A stretch of 64,000 nucleotides of DNA from contig NC_057720.1 of assembly GCF_004010195.1 (NCBI RefSeq), positions 19,668,401 to 19,732,400 of the forward strand, written 5' to 3'. Made by a program: the position numbers and the translations under genes. The notes under the pieces were generated by a model. That model ran no database searches. It saw only the letters and a program-made list of their open reading frames with translations, and had not been told where the DNA came from. Source of the DNA: Chiloscyllium plagiosum. Taxonomy: Eukaryota. This document shows positions 24,793 to 38,019 of this stretch, one piece after another (positions within the stretch are counted from its first letter, which is position 1; the number at the start of each line of letters is the position of its first letter).

Positions 24793-27700
24793 ATGTCTGC
24801 AAACTTACTAACTGTACCTCTTATGCTCGCATCCAAATCCAAATCAAATTCCATTCTGTTGGAACCTACACTCTATTGTGGATGAAGGAGTTGGATAAGT
24901 CTGAGAGAATGAGCTGCAGAGTTGTGAACAGAAAGGAGGACAGGGAGAGGGGAGGGGAAAAGATAAGAACCACAAAGAGCATTATTGTGGTCTGGAGTGC
25001 CACCTGGTGGCCAGAATCTACAATGAGGTGCAAATTCCTAATTGTTCCTAAAATATTTCTTTTGTTCCAAGACTGTTCCACTTGACCACACTTCGAGTAC
25101 TGTGCTCCGTTCTGGTCACTGTACCTAGACAAAAATATATTGACCTTGGAGGGAGTGCTGTTCAGATTTCACAACCTACAGTGGTATACTGTGGAGTTTA
25201 GAATATGAAAGAATAGTTTGATTAATGATTTTAATATTAAGCTACATAACTGATAGGATAGATAGAGATATAAGATTTTTGTTCACTGGGGAGCCGAGGA
25301 CTAAATGACTTGAAGTGAACATTATAATTCTCCAGTTGGGAGGCAGGTGTACACACTCAAATGGTGGTGGAATTCTTTTCCTCATTTGAGTTGATTAATA
25401 TGAAATCCTTGGGAATCAAGCATGTTAGGGGGATATGGATATGGGACAAAGAAGGCTGGAATTTCAACCAGCTGAGCTGAACAGTGGGAGTTTGGAAAAT
25501 TCCTAGCTTCACGTGCTCACCATAGGGAAAAGTGACTCTGGAAAAATGATGTTCCTTCTGGTATTGGGGGGTGAAGAGAGGTAGCAGTTAGACCATCTGA
25601 CCCTGGAAAGAATTCAGAGATGCTGGGTGCTGAGCCAACTTATTTAACAGACCTGTTTTGATACCCAGGTTTAATAAAAATAGTTAGGCCCTGTAGCTCT
25701 TAGCTCTCAAATCTCCTCACCGAGCCCCACACCACACTGCCCGTGACCCATTGATGCCAACCCGTAATGCCAACTGATCCAAATCATGACCCCTGACTAC
25801 CTCCATGACCCTAGGTCAACTGCGGCTCCTCCACCAGTCGCCAGTGAGCCATTATAGCCCCTATATAAGTTCAGTGCCAATTCATGTTCTTCCAACTTTG
25901 CTCATATTCCTCTATGCCAATTGAACAGTATGGGGAGACCTGCTGTTTGGGCTGGGATAGAGACCTGGGCTATGCTGGGAAACATAGTATGGGGTGTCAC
26001 TGGCCAGGCCAACCTTAATTGCGCATCCTAATTACTTTTGAGAAAGTGGCAGAGAGATGTCTTTTTGAACCATTGCAATCCATGGGAAAGCCACAGTGCA
26101 GTGAATGAGGGAATTCCAGGATTTTGACCAAGTGACCCAAGTCTATTAAATACTTGAAGGCATGGGCCAATGATTACAGTGTTTGTTTCTACAATGGGTT
26201 AAATACTTGAAGACTTTTTCAAACATGATATTAATGTCCAATTCCTTCAAATACTAAGTACAAATAAGGCCACTTAAAAGACAGCTGGAGACATAGCTGT
26301 CAATCAAACAGTTAACTTAGAGACCCTCGCTATGATCTTGACAAGTCCCAGAAGTAGTCAAGATCCATTCATTTGTAATGCTGTGAGCCTGAGGACTATC
26401 AACATTCAGCTCAAGAAATTGCATGCACAGATTTATTTTTGCAACATAGCCCCAAAAGTTTCTTTTAAAACATAAAGTACACAAGATTAATCAGAGTGTG
26501 GTGATGGTCTCATCACAAAGTTGCCTCACATCCTTTAAAAAGAACCTGGGTGAGGCACTTGGCATGTCATAACATTCAAAGCTATTGGCCAAGTGCCAAG
26601 CGCTGATAAATGGGATTAGGTTGAAGGTCAGATGTTTCTCACCTGTCAGTGCAGATTTGATGGGCCAAAAGTCCTCTTCTGCACTGTATTATTCTATGAT
26701 TTAAATACTTTAACAGTTTGGTGATTCGATGTTACCTGTTCCAGCTTTGACGAGTGTTTGTTTCCACCACAAAGCTAGGGCACACTGCTGGTGAAGGCCA
26801 TTCCTGGAGTAAGAATCACATCTACCTTACAGAGTCACAGGAGCATTATGTTTGGCTCATTGTGTCTGGCTGTCCAAATACACATTGTGATATAGTGCCA
26901 TTCTTCTGCCTTTTCCCCATGTTGTTTCTATTTGAATAATTACCAGTGCCTTCTTGAATTCCTCAATTGAACCAGCCTCCACCACACTTCCAGGCAGTGC
27001 ATTCCAGCTCCAAACCACTCAATGTGTGAAAAGGTTTTATTTCCCTTACCTTGCATTTGCTTCTTTCGCAAATCCTTTTAATTCTATGCCTTCTTATTCT
27101 TGATCTTTTTACAAGTGGAAACAGTTTCTCTCTATCTACTCTATCCAGTTCCCCTTGAGTCTGAAAATGTCTATCAAGGAAAACAATCTAAACTCTTCAA
27201 TCTATCTTCACAACTGAGGTTTATCATCCCTTGAACCATTTTGTAAAACCTCTTTAGCATTCTCTCCGATACACCCCCATCCGTCCCATAAAATGACTCC
27301 AGATGACGTCTAACAAGTGTCATTTGCAAAGCATTATCTCCTTTTTCTTGTATGTTATTCCCTATTAATAAAGCCTAAAATACTGTATGCTTTGTTAATG
27401 GCTTTGTCCACCTGACCTACCACCTCCAATATCCTGTGCACACATACGCTAGGACCCTCTGTGCACACATACGCTAGGACTGTACATCTTACTTTCTACT
27501 GTCAGTCCATATTCTTTCTACCTGAATACATCAATTCACACTTTTCTGCATTGAGCGCCATTTGCCACCAATCCACCTACTCCACCAACTAGTCACTGAT
27601 CTTTTGAAGTTCCACACTGTGTCCTAATTTGTTCTGTGCACTGAGCTTCACCTAAGGGGTAGGTTTCCCTCACTTTTGCTTTGTGCCCCATCTCCAAAAT

Positions 27701-27987
27701 TGAAAACTGCCAGAAAAGGGTTGGGACTTCCAGGTCCAAGATCTGCTTGCTATTTGTAAAGGTGCTCAGAGCCTCCCCAACTCCTGATACATCCAGCCCT
27801 AGCTCACCAATTAGCCATGATGCATTGAATGACAGGACAGAGGCAGGGGCTGAATAGGCTCCTGGAAAGGAAGAAGTAGGGAACCAGGGAGCCTGAAATG
27901 TGGAGGGAAGTGAGGAATGGTACAGGATTGTGAATGTATTGGGGGTAAGTGATTGGAATGTTTGTGGGGAGATGGTTTGAGAAAGCA

Positions 27988-30252
27988 ACATAGAACATAG
28001 AACATTACAGTGCAGTACAGGCCCTTCGGCCCTCGATGTTGCACCAACCTGTGAAACCGATCTGAAACCCATCTAACCTCCATTTTCATCCACATGTCTA
28101 TCCAATGACCATTTAAATGCCTTTAAAGTTGGCAAATCTACTACTGTTGCAGGCAGGCTGTTCCACACACCTATTACTTTCTGAGTAAAGAAACTCCCTC
28201 TGACCTCTGTCCTATATCTATTACCCCTCTATGTCCCCTCATGCTAGCCATTACCATCCGAGGAAAAAGGCTTTCACTGTCCAACCTATCTAACCCTCTG
28301 ACTATCTTATATGTCTCAACTAAGTCACCTCTCAACCTTCTTCCCTATAATGAAAACAGCCTCAAGTCCCTCAGCCTTTCCTCATAAGACCTTCCCTCCA
28401 TACCAGGCAGCACTCTAGTAAATCTCCTCTGAACCCTTTCCACAGCTTCCACATCCTTCCTATAATGTGGTGACCTGAACTGTATGCAATACTCCAAGTG
28501 TGGCCACACTAGAGTTTGTTACAGCTGCAGCATGACTCATGGTTCCGAAACTCATTCCCTCTACTAATAAAAGCTAACACACCGTATGCCTTCTTAACAA
28601 CCCTATGAACCTGGGTGGCAACTTTCAGGGATCTATGTACATGAACACCGAGATCATCTACACTACCAAGAATCTTACCATTAGCTCAGTGTTCTGCATT
28701 CCTGTTACTCCTTCCAAAGTGAATCACCTCTCACTTTTCTGTATTAAATTCCATTTGCCACCTCTCAGCCCAGCTCTGCAGCTTATCTATGTCCATCTGT
28801 AACCTATAACATCTATCGGCCCTATCCACAACTCTACCGACCTAAGTGTCATCCACAAATTTAGTAACCCATCCTTCTACGCCCTCATTCAGGTCATTTA
28901 TAAAAGTGACCAACACCAGTAGCCCCAAAACAGATCCTTGCGGTAACTGAACTCCAGGATGAATATTTCCCATCAACCACCACCCTCTGTCTTCTTTCAG
29001 TTAGCCAATTTCTGATACAAACTGCTAAAACACCCTCAATCCCATGCCTTCATATTTTGTGCAATAGCCTACTGTGGGGAATCTTAGCAAATCCATATCC
29101 ACCACATCAACCACTTTACCCTCATCCACCTGTTTGGTTACCTGCTCGAAGAACTTAAGAAGGTTTCTGAGGCACGATGTACCCTTCACAAAACCATGTT
29201 GACTATCCCTAATCAATTTATTCCTTTCTAGATGATTATAAATCCTATCACTTATAACCTTTTCCAACACTTTACCCACAACCGAAATAAGGCTCACAGG
29301 TCTATAACTACCAGGGTTGTCTCTATTCCCCTTCTTGAACAAGGGAACAACATTTGCTATCCTCCAGTCTTCTGGCACTATTTCTGTAGACAATGACGAC
29401 ATAAAGATCAAAGCCAAACGCTTTGCAATCTCCTCCCTGGCTCCCCAGAGAATCCTAGGATAAATCCCATCCGGCCCCGGGGACTTATTTATTTTTTACA
29501 CTTTCCAGAATTGCTAACATCTCCCCCTTGTGAACCTCAATCCCCTCTAGTCTAATAGCCTGTATCTTAGTATTCTCCTCGACAGCATTAGTCTTTTTCC
29601 AGTGTGAATACTGATGAAAATTATTCATTTAGCGCTTCCCCTATCTCCTTTGACTCTATGTACAACTTCCCACTACTGTCCTTAATTGGCCCTATTCTTA
29701 CTCTAATCATTCTTTAATTCCTGATATACCTAAAGAAAGCCTTGTGGTTTTCCTTGATCCTATCCACCAATGACTTCCCACAACCTCTCCTGGCTCTTCT
29801 TAGCCCTATCCTTAGCTCTTTCCTGGCTAACTTGTAACTCTCAAGTGCCCTAACTAAGCCTTCATGTCTCATCCTAACATAACTTAAAAATGTGTTGCTG
29901 GAAAAGCGCAGCAGGTCAGGCAGCATCTAAGGTGCAGGAGAATCAACGTTTCAGGCATAAGCCCTCCTTCAGCATTCCTGAAGAAGGGCTTATGCCCGAA
30001 ACGTCGATTCTCCTGCTCCTTAAATGCTGCCTGACCTGCTGCGCTTTTCCAGCAACACATTTTTAAGCTCTGATCTCCAGCATCTGCAGCCCTCACTTCA
30101 TCCTGACATAAGTCGTCTTCTTCCCCTTGATGAGAAATTCAACTTCTTTAGTCAACCATGATTCCCTCGCTTGACCACTTCCTCCCTGCCTGACAGGTAT
30201 ATACTTATCAAGGACACGCAGTAGCTGTTCCTTGAATAAGCTCCACATTTCA
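27988..30252 (-). mobile_element. CR1-type LINE (RT region and 3' end), with a PLE dimer inserted at 29883-30097
   Basis: VPEDWRIANVVPLFKKG...SQHGFVKG, with (CATAGAA)n tail at about 27988. Confidence 0.9.
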
Positions 30253-30770
30253 GTTGTGGTGTGTGGGGTGTTTGTTGAGAATATTGAAAGCTCAGAGTCT
30301 TGAATCAGTGCCCAGTGAAATGAGGGCTCCCTCAGTTTGGGAGGATTCTGACTTGACTCAGTCTTTGATCCCTGGTCTGTGAGAGGAGGATTCACCCATC
30401 CAGACGAGTGGGAGGAGCTGGGGTGCCGACGTTAGGTAAAGGGTAAGAGAAAGAGTCTTCGGTCCATGTTGACTGGCCTCTAGTGTGTGAAATCCTTCTC
30501 CTGTGTATTTATTCTGTTCTTCATTATGGCCTAACCCAGGACTTTAGACGGGACTGTCATTGCCTCAGTGCCATCTGACCAAGACCATTAGAAGTACGAG
30601 CAGGAGTTGGCCATTCAGCCCATCAAACCTGCTGTGCAAACAAAGGGGAAAAATATTCCCTGAGATTGCACTCCTCTTGTTAGTGTGATTCAAATTGGCT
30701 GCTCCATTGCCTACAGGCTGGTACCGCTCTCAAACCGGGCTCTCTCTTTATCAAGAATAATACAAGGCAA

Positions 30771-31420
30771 GTCATAGAGATGTACAGCATGGAAACAGAC
30801 CCTTCGGTCCAACCCGTCCATGCCGACCAGATATCCCAACCCAATCTAGTCCCACCTGCCAGCACCCGGCCCATATCCCTCCAAACCCTTCCTATTCATA
30901 TACCCATCCAAATGCCTCTTAAATGTTGCAATTGTACCAGCCTCCACCACNNNNNNNNNNNNNNNNNNNNNNNNNNNNNNNNNNNNNNNNNNNNNNNNNN
31001 NNNNNNNNNNNNNNNNNNNNNNNNNNNNNNNNNNNNNNNNNNNNNNNNNNNNNNNNNNNNNNNNNNNNNNNNNNNNNNNNNNNNNNNNNNNNNNNNNNNN
31101 NNNNNNNNNNNNNNNNNNNNNNNNNNNNNNNNNNNNNNNNNNNNNNNNNNNNNNNNNNNNNNNNNNNNNNNNNNNNNNNNNNNNNNNNNNNNNNNNNNNN
31201 NNNNNNNNNNNNNNNNNNNNNNNNNNNNNNNNNNNNNNNNNNNNNNNNNNNNNNNNNNNNNNNNNNNNNNNNNNNNNNNNNNNNNNNNNNNNNNNNNNNN
31301 NNNNNNNNNNNNNNNNNNNNNNNNNNNNNNNNNNNAGCTCAAATCCTCCAACCCTGGCAACATCCTTGTAAATCTTTTCTGAACCCTTTCAAGTTTCACA
31401 ACATCCTTCTGATAGGAAGG
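30771..31420 (-). mobile_element. CR1-type LINE 3' fragment (gap inside)
   Basis: KLERVQKRFTRMLPGL plus the conserved 3' end. Confidence 0.85.
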
Positions 31421-31510
31421 ATTTTAAAAAGTTCAGCCACTTTGTGTTTAATTTGATAGCTGTGTTAAGCTGCCACCTGCTTGTGTCTGTGTGTTGTTCT
31501 TTGACTGTAG

Positions 31511-31626
31511 GTGTTCCTGACCGAGTATGCAGGTCCACTCTTTATCTACCTGCTCTTCTATTCTCGCTTGCCTTTTATTTACGAAGAAAAGGATGAATTT
31601 ACCACCAGCCCACACACTGTGGTGCA
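31511..31626 (+). CDS. TECR: TECR-family exon 5 (116 nt)
   Basis: gtag|VFLTEYAGPLFIYLLFYSRLPFIYEEKDEFTTSPHTVV|gtaagt. Confidence 0.95.
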
Positions 31627-32740
31627 GTAAGTAAGCATGCGTTGGATGCCTGGTGTTAACCTAGCTCTGGTACAGTACAGTTTGATAATCTGAGTTTGTC
31701 TTTGGACTTCATAGAGGATGCTTGCTGAACTTGCACCACCACTGGTGACTGTGCCTTCAGCTGCCTAGGCTCCCAACCTCTGGAATTCCCTCCCTCACCC
31801 TCTCCATCAATTTGTCCGCCCTGAAAATTATGCCTTTGACTGAGTTTTTATCTTTGATTTCCCTCTTTCTCATTCAATGCCTATTGTTGTCTGATGGTGC
31901 TCCTGCAAAATGTTTTCGGATGTTTTACTACAGGAAAAGAACAATATCATTGCAAGTTGTTGTCTGATATGGAGTGGCACATACTCCAATTGTTGTCATT
32001 CAGGACTGAATGCGGTGGTTGAGCCCCAGACCATCATAGTCATAGAGTCATACGGCACGGAAACAGACCCTTTGGTCCAACCAGTCCATGCAAGACATAA
32101 TCCGAAACTAAACTGGTCCCACCTTCCTGCTGCTGGCCAATATCCCTCCAAACCTTTCCTAATCATGTATCGACCCAAATGTCTTTTAAGCGTATTTGTA
32201 CACACATCCACCACTTACTCAGGAAGTTCATTCCACACTCAAACCACCCTCTGTGTAAAAAATTTGCCTCTCATGTCTTTTTAAAATCTCTCTCCTTTCA
32301 CCTTAAAAATGTGCCCCTAGTCTTGAAATCCCTGGCCAACACCATCGCTTTTAATCAACCTGATGAAACCAGTCATTTCATGCACACCACCTGTGTAAAT
32401 TATTCAATTGTAAATTAAAGGGATAATTGTGTAAATTTGTTCTTGGGATGTTGGCATCCCAAGCATTAGGGCAGCATTATTGCCCATCCCTTAATGACCA
32501 AACTGCCTTCTGCGAGCAAAGTAGAGGATTTTAAAAATATTAATAACCCTCAACCAAAATCCACCGTGTTCTTCAGGAGTTAAAATTTCCCCTGTGGTTT
32601 CTTTTGTCAGAGTCAGTAAAGATGAGTTTATTTGTAAACTGGCAAGGGAGCTTCTTACATAACTGTGCGAAGGACCCGACTGTGATTTTGGGATTTTGTT
32701 TATCAGCTGCCATTCAGGTTTTCTATTTTACCTTTTCCAG

Positions 32741-32846
32741 CTTGGCAGGGTTTTGCCACTCTTTTCATTATGTCAAAAGACTGATCGAAACGCTGTTTGT
32801 GCATCGCTTTTCTCATGGTACAATGCCTCTTCGCAATACTGTTAAG
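32741..32846 (+). CDS. TECR: TECR-family exon 6 (106 nt)
   Basis: ccag|LAGFCHSFHYVKRLIETLFVHRFSHGTMPLRNTVK|gtaggt. Confidence 0.95.
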
Positions 32847-33624
32847 GTAGGTGCCCCCAACTGTTGTCCTATGCTGACCTGTTATCACAACACAAATTCC
32901 AAACTTTGTTCTGTGAATCTCGTCTTTTTTTCTGTTATAGATCTATTTCTTGGAGCTGAAGAAATCAAAGGGTATGGGAGGAAAGTGGAAGTAGGGTACT
33001 CAGTTGGACGATCAGCATGATTCATATTAAAAGCGGAACAGGCACGATGGGCTGAATGGCCTATTCCTGCTCCTATTTTTTATGTTTCTATGAACATATG
33101 CAAAAGACATATCTCAATTGAATTTGATGGAAACAATATCTTAAATTAGAGTATTGTGTATAATTGCATTCAATTTAAAGGATGTGAATTCTGTTTGCGT
33201 GTAGGTTGGTCACCAAGTAAGTTTGAACCTTGATAATGGCAATCAATGTTAGGAATACAGGACACACAGAACAGTCTCTGAGAACCTTGTCAGCTCTGTA
33301 TTCCACCCTGTTGTTTGGAGGCTGATAGAATCTCACCCACTGAGAGACAGGATCCGTTCCTGTGGTGTGGAACCATCACTGCAAGAACCCGTTTGGTCAG
33401 GGCCACTTTATTGTTGCGCTCCTTGCAGCAAGTTATCAGAACCTCCCACTGCCTCAAATGGCTATAAATATAGTCTTATACAAGTAAGAAATGCCTTTGG
33501 CTTGTTTGTTCTACAAATGTAAAGACTGTCCATTACCAAATTGCTCTAGTGACTATGTATTTAAGGATCTTTATGAATAAAGTACATTGTGAAATTTTTA
33601 AAAAAATTTGGAGGAAGGGATGGG

Positions 33625-35386
33625 GGTGAAAAAGTTGCCCCTTTGGTCTCTTTTATATCTTTCCCCTCTCACCCTAAATCTATGCCCTCTAGTTCTGGAC
33701 TCCTCCAACCCAAGGAAAAGACTTTGTCTGTTTATCCTATCCATGCTCCTCATGATTTTGTAAACCTTGATAAGGTCACCCCTCAGCCTCCGTCGCTTCA
33801 GGGAAAACAGCCCCAGCCCATTCAACCTCTCCCTATAGCTGAAATCCTCCAACCCTGGCAACATCCTTGTAAATCTTTTCAGAACCCGTTCAAGTTTCAC
33901 AATATCTTTCCAATAGGAAGGAGGCCAGAATTGCACGCAATATTCCAACAGTGGCCTAACCAATGTCCTGTATAGCCGCAACATGACCTTCCAACTCAAT
34001 ACTCTGACCAATTTAAAGGAAAGCATACCAAATGCCTGCTTCACTATCCTGTCTACCTGCGACTCTACTTTCAAGGAGCTTATGAAGCTGCACTCCAAGG
34101 ACTCTTTGTTCAGCAACACTCCCGAGGACCTTACCATTAAGTGTATAAGTCCTGCTAAGATTTGCTTTCCCAAAATGCAGCACCTCACATTTATCTGAAT
34201 TAAACTCCATCTGCCACTCCTCAGCCAATTGACCCACCTGATCAAGATCCTGTTGTAATCTGAGGTAACCTTCGCTGTCCGCTACACCTCCAATTTTGGT
34301 GTCACCTGCAAACTTTACTAACTATACCTCTTATGCTCACATCCAAATTATTTGTATAAATGCCGAAAAGTAGTGGACCCAGCACCGATCCTTGTGGCAT
34401 TCCACTGGTCACAGGCCTCCAGTCTGAAAACAACCCTCCACCACCACCCTCTGTCTTCTACCTTTGAGCCAGTTCTGTATCCAAATGGCTAGTTCTCCCT
34501 GTATTCCGTGAGATCTAACCTTGCTAATCAGTCTCCCATGGGGAACCTTATCAAATGCCTTACTGATGTCCATATAGATCGCGTTTACTGCTCTGCCTTC
34601 ATCAATCCTCTTTGTTACTTCTTCAAAAAACTCAATGAAATTTGTGAGACCTGAATTTCCACTCACAAAGCCATGTTGACTGTCCCGAATCAGTAGCGCC
34701 AGGAATATTCCAGATATTATTGCGCTCGAGGACCTCCTTTTTAAATTCCTGCCTAACTCTCTAAATTCTCCCTTCAGGATCTCATCCTTTTCCCTTCCTA
34801 TGTAATTGGTTCCAATGTGTACAATGACCTCTTGCTGGTCCCTCTCCCCCTTGAGAACATTCTGCACCATATCTGAGACATCGTTGATCCTGGCACCAGG
34901 GAGGCAACACACCATTCTGATTTTTCGTTGCTGGCCACAGAAACATGTGTCTGTGCTCCTGACTAGACTGTCCCCTAATACAATCAATTGCTCGGATCCC
35001 GATATACCCCTGATTACATTAGAGCCAGTCTTGATGCCAGAAACTTGGCTGTTTGTGCTACATTCTGCTGAAAGTCCATTACCCCTACATTTTCCAAAAT
35101 AGCATATTTGTTTGAAATGGGGATAGCCACAGAAGTCTCCTGTATTACCTGCCTACCTCTCTTACCTTTCTTGGAATTAACCCATCTATGTGACTGTATC
35201 TGTGGCTTTTCTCCCTTCATATAACTGCAATCCATCACATCCCCTTGCTCTTGTAAATTCCTCATTACCTCTAACTGTCGCTTCTACCTATCCATTCGAT
35301 CTGATAGGATTTGCAACCAACGGCATTTATTGCAGATATAATCCTCAGTAACACATAAACTCTCCCTAAACTCCCACATCCAACAA
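33625..35386 (-). mobile_element. CR1 LINE with ORF1 (zinc finger and GDSL/SGNH esterase) joined directly to the ORF2 RT
   Basis: ORF 34409..34987 has IVLGDSLVR...VHIGTN followed by SQHGF...KAFDKVPH. Upstream reads CWMWE...ICNKC. Confidence 0.85.
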
Positions 35387-35985
35387 GTCATAGAAATATA
35401 CAGCATGGAAACAGACCCTTCAATACAACCCATCCATGCCGACCAGATATCCCAACCCAATCTAGTCCCACCTGCCAGCACCTGGTTCATATCCCTCCAA
35501 ACCCTTCCTATTCATATACCCATCCAAATGCCTCTTAAATGTTGTAATTGTACCAGCCTCCACCACTTCCTCTGGCAACTCATTCCATACGCGTACCATC
35601 CTTTGTGTGAAAACAATGCCCCTTTGGTCTCTTTTATATCTTTCCCCTCTCACCCTAAACCTATGGCCTCTAGTTCTGGACTCCCCAATCTCAGGGAAAA
35701 TATTTTGTCTACTTACCCTGTCCATGACCCTCATAATTTTGTAAACCTCTATAAGGTCACCCCTCAGGCTCCAACTCCCCCGGGGAAAACAGCCCAGCCT
35801 ATTCAGCCTCTCCTTATTGCTCATATCCTCTAACCCTGGCAGCATCCTTGTAAATCTTTTCTGAACCCTTTCAAGTTTCACAACATCTTTCTGATAGGAA
35901 AGAGACCAGAATTGCACGCAATATTCCAACAGTGGCCTAACCAATGTCCTGTACAGTCGCAACATGACCTCCCAACTTCTGTGAG
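35387..35985 (-). mobile_element. CR1-type LINE 3' fragment
   Basis: ORF 35462..35965: LYRTLVRPLLEYCVQFW...WNELP. Confidence 0.9.
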
Positions 35986-36492
35986 CATATCATTCTATTA
36001 AGGGCCATTTTTGCTTCTTCCAATCTACAGACCCAGAAAATAGCACCATTTATTGCTGTACAAATACTACTCCAGGCCAACTTAATACTTATGGCTTATC
36101 AACATCCTTTCTCCCCTAGCACTCCAGCTCACCCACTATTGCATAAATGTTACCCCCTCCACAATTCCGATCTGACGAAGAGTAATCTAGACTTGAAAAG
36201 GTAGCTTGCTGTCTCTCAGGATGCTACCTGACCTAGTTGCAATTGTTTTCAGTACAGATTCCAGCACCTACTGCAACTTGCTCCTACTGTTAATCATTAT
36301 TGAGGTTATTTGAGAACTTTTCAACAATACTTTTTTCACACTCTAGGTGAAGTTGCTTTTGATTCAATTAACCTGAGAATAAAAAACCTTTCAGACACTC
36401 AGCAACTGCAACCTGAATGACATTGTAATATAATTGGTCTTAATAAGAATAACACTGTCCACTAGTCTCAATGTTTGCCTTTGCCTTCACAG

Positions 36493-36565
36493 AACTGCTT
36501 CTATTATTGGGGTTTCACTGCGTGGCTGGCTTATTTCATTAATCATCCACTCTACACACCTCCAT
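36493..36565 (+). CDS. TECR: TECR-family exon 7 (73 nt)
   Basis: acag|[24 protein letters not shown]|gtaagt. Confidence 0.95.
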
Positions 36566-36657
36566 GTAAGTGACATGTTGTTATTCTTGCTGCATCTCAA
36601 GTCTCGAGCTGACAGTAATCCGTGTCCTATTCTGATTTGGTTTTCTGGCTTTTACAG

Positions 36658-36701
36658 TGTATGGTGACCAACAAGTCCATCTGGCTCTTTACACCTTCTT
36701 G
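36658..36701 (+). CDS. TECR: TECR-family exon 8 (44 nt)
   Basis: acag|LYGDQQVHLALYTFL|gtaggt. Confidence 0.92.
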
Positions 36702-38019
36702 GTAGGTTATATCATCAACATCTTACCCTATCCACATCCTCATATGTTTCAAATTAGATGTATCATACTAACAGTAAAGCTGAACAATCCATAATGTAAT
36801 GAGATCTTATGATTTGCTGTTTATTATCTATCTTAAGCATAAAAGAAATCAATGTTGATTATATTGATGCAGATCAACTGATGATATTTAAACAGACACA
36901 TTAGATTTGTCTCCATGTAATGAGTATAAAAATGTGGAAAAAGGTATCTGTTCCTCAGTGTCTGTTTGAGGAAATTGAAATGTTGTTTTCAACTCTGTTT
37001 TACTGTAACTAGTGGAAATTGTCCCTTTTTGTGGGCAGTCATCAAGTTTAACATTTGTTTTCCTCTTGCCATTACTTGTGGGAGAGTGAGATACCCTAGG
37101 GATTCTTTGACTTTCTGTCTGGTGTGTCCTTACAGTCATTCGCTCTGTCTTTGTATGCATGTTTTTAAGATATTTATCAATGTATATACTTACATCTAAA
37201 CGTGTTTCCCACAAACTCATAATCTTGCTGATGCACAGCAGCAATGCCGGCTGACGCTCAAACTTAACCTATTTTTCAAATCAACCTGATCAGAGATGTT
37301 ATTGCACACCACTGGAACACGTGAGACTTGAACTCCAGTTTCTCCATCCAGGGGAAGGGACATTACCACTGCACCACAAAATGTGACCTGCTGCTGCTGA
37401 TAACACTTGCTTCACATATGGTGAGCCAGGACGTGAGAGCATCTTGGAGTTCCCATATGGAATTTAATGCACAATTCATAGCTGCCCTGCCAAGCCACTA
37501 TTTGTTAGACTAATTCAATTGCTACTTAAAAACACATTTATTATGTAGAGCCTTAGAGTTATAGAGTCTTACAGCATGAGACAGGCCCTTTGGCTTAAAT
37601 GGTCCATGCTGACCAAAATGTCTGTCCACGCTAACCCCATTTCCCTGCACTTCTAATCCTTCTAATGCTTTCCTATCCATGTATTTGTCCAAATGCCTTT
37701 TAAATATTGTTAATCATCCACCTCAACACCTCCCACCAGCAGCTATTCCATATGTGTTCCACCCTCTGTGTAAAAAAGTTACCACTTAGGTTCCCTTTTA
37801 TTCTTTCCCCTCTAACCTTAAACTGATGCCCTATGGGGAGCTTAATTATGCCTGAAGTAGAGAACACATCTATGTTGTCTATTTTATTATTTCAGGGGAA
37901 TGTGTTATTTCAGGGGAATGTGTGCCTGTTTCCTTTTAAACAACTAGCCCACTGAATAGAAGGTTCATTTTTCACTTGTTGATGTACACAAGCAGCTGGA
38001 TGCAGATGTCTAAAGTAGA

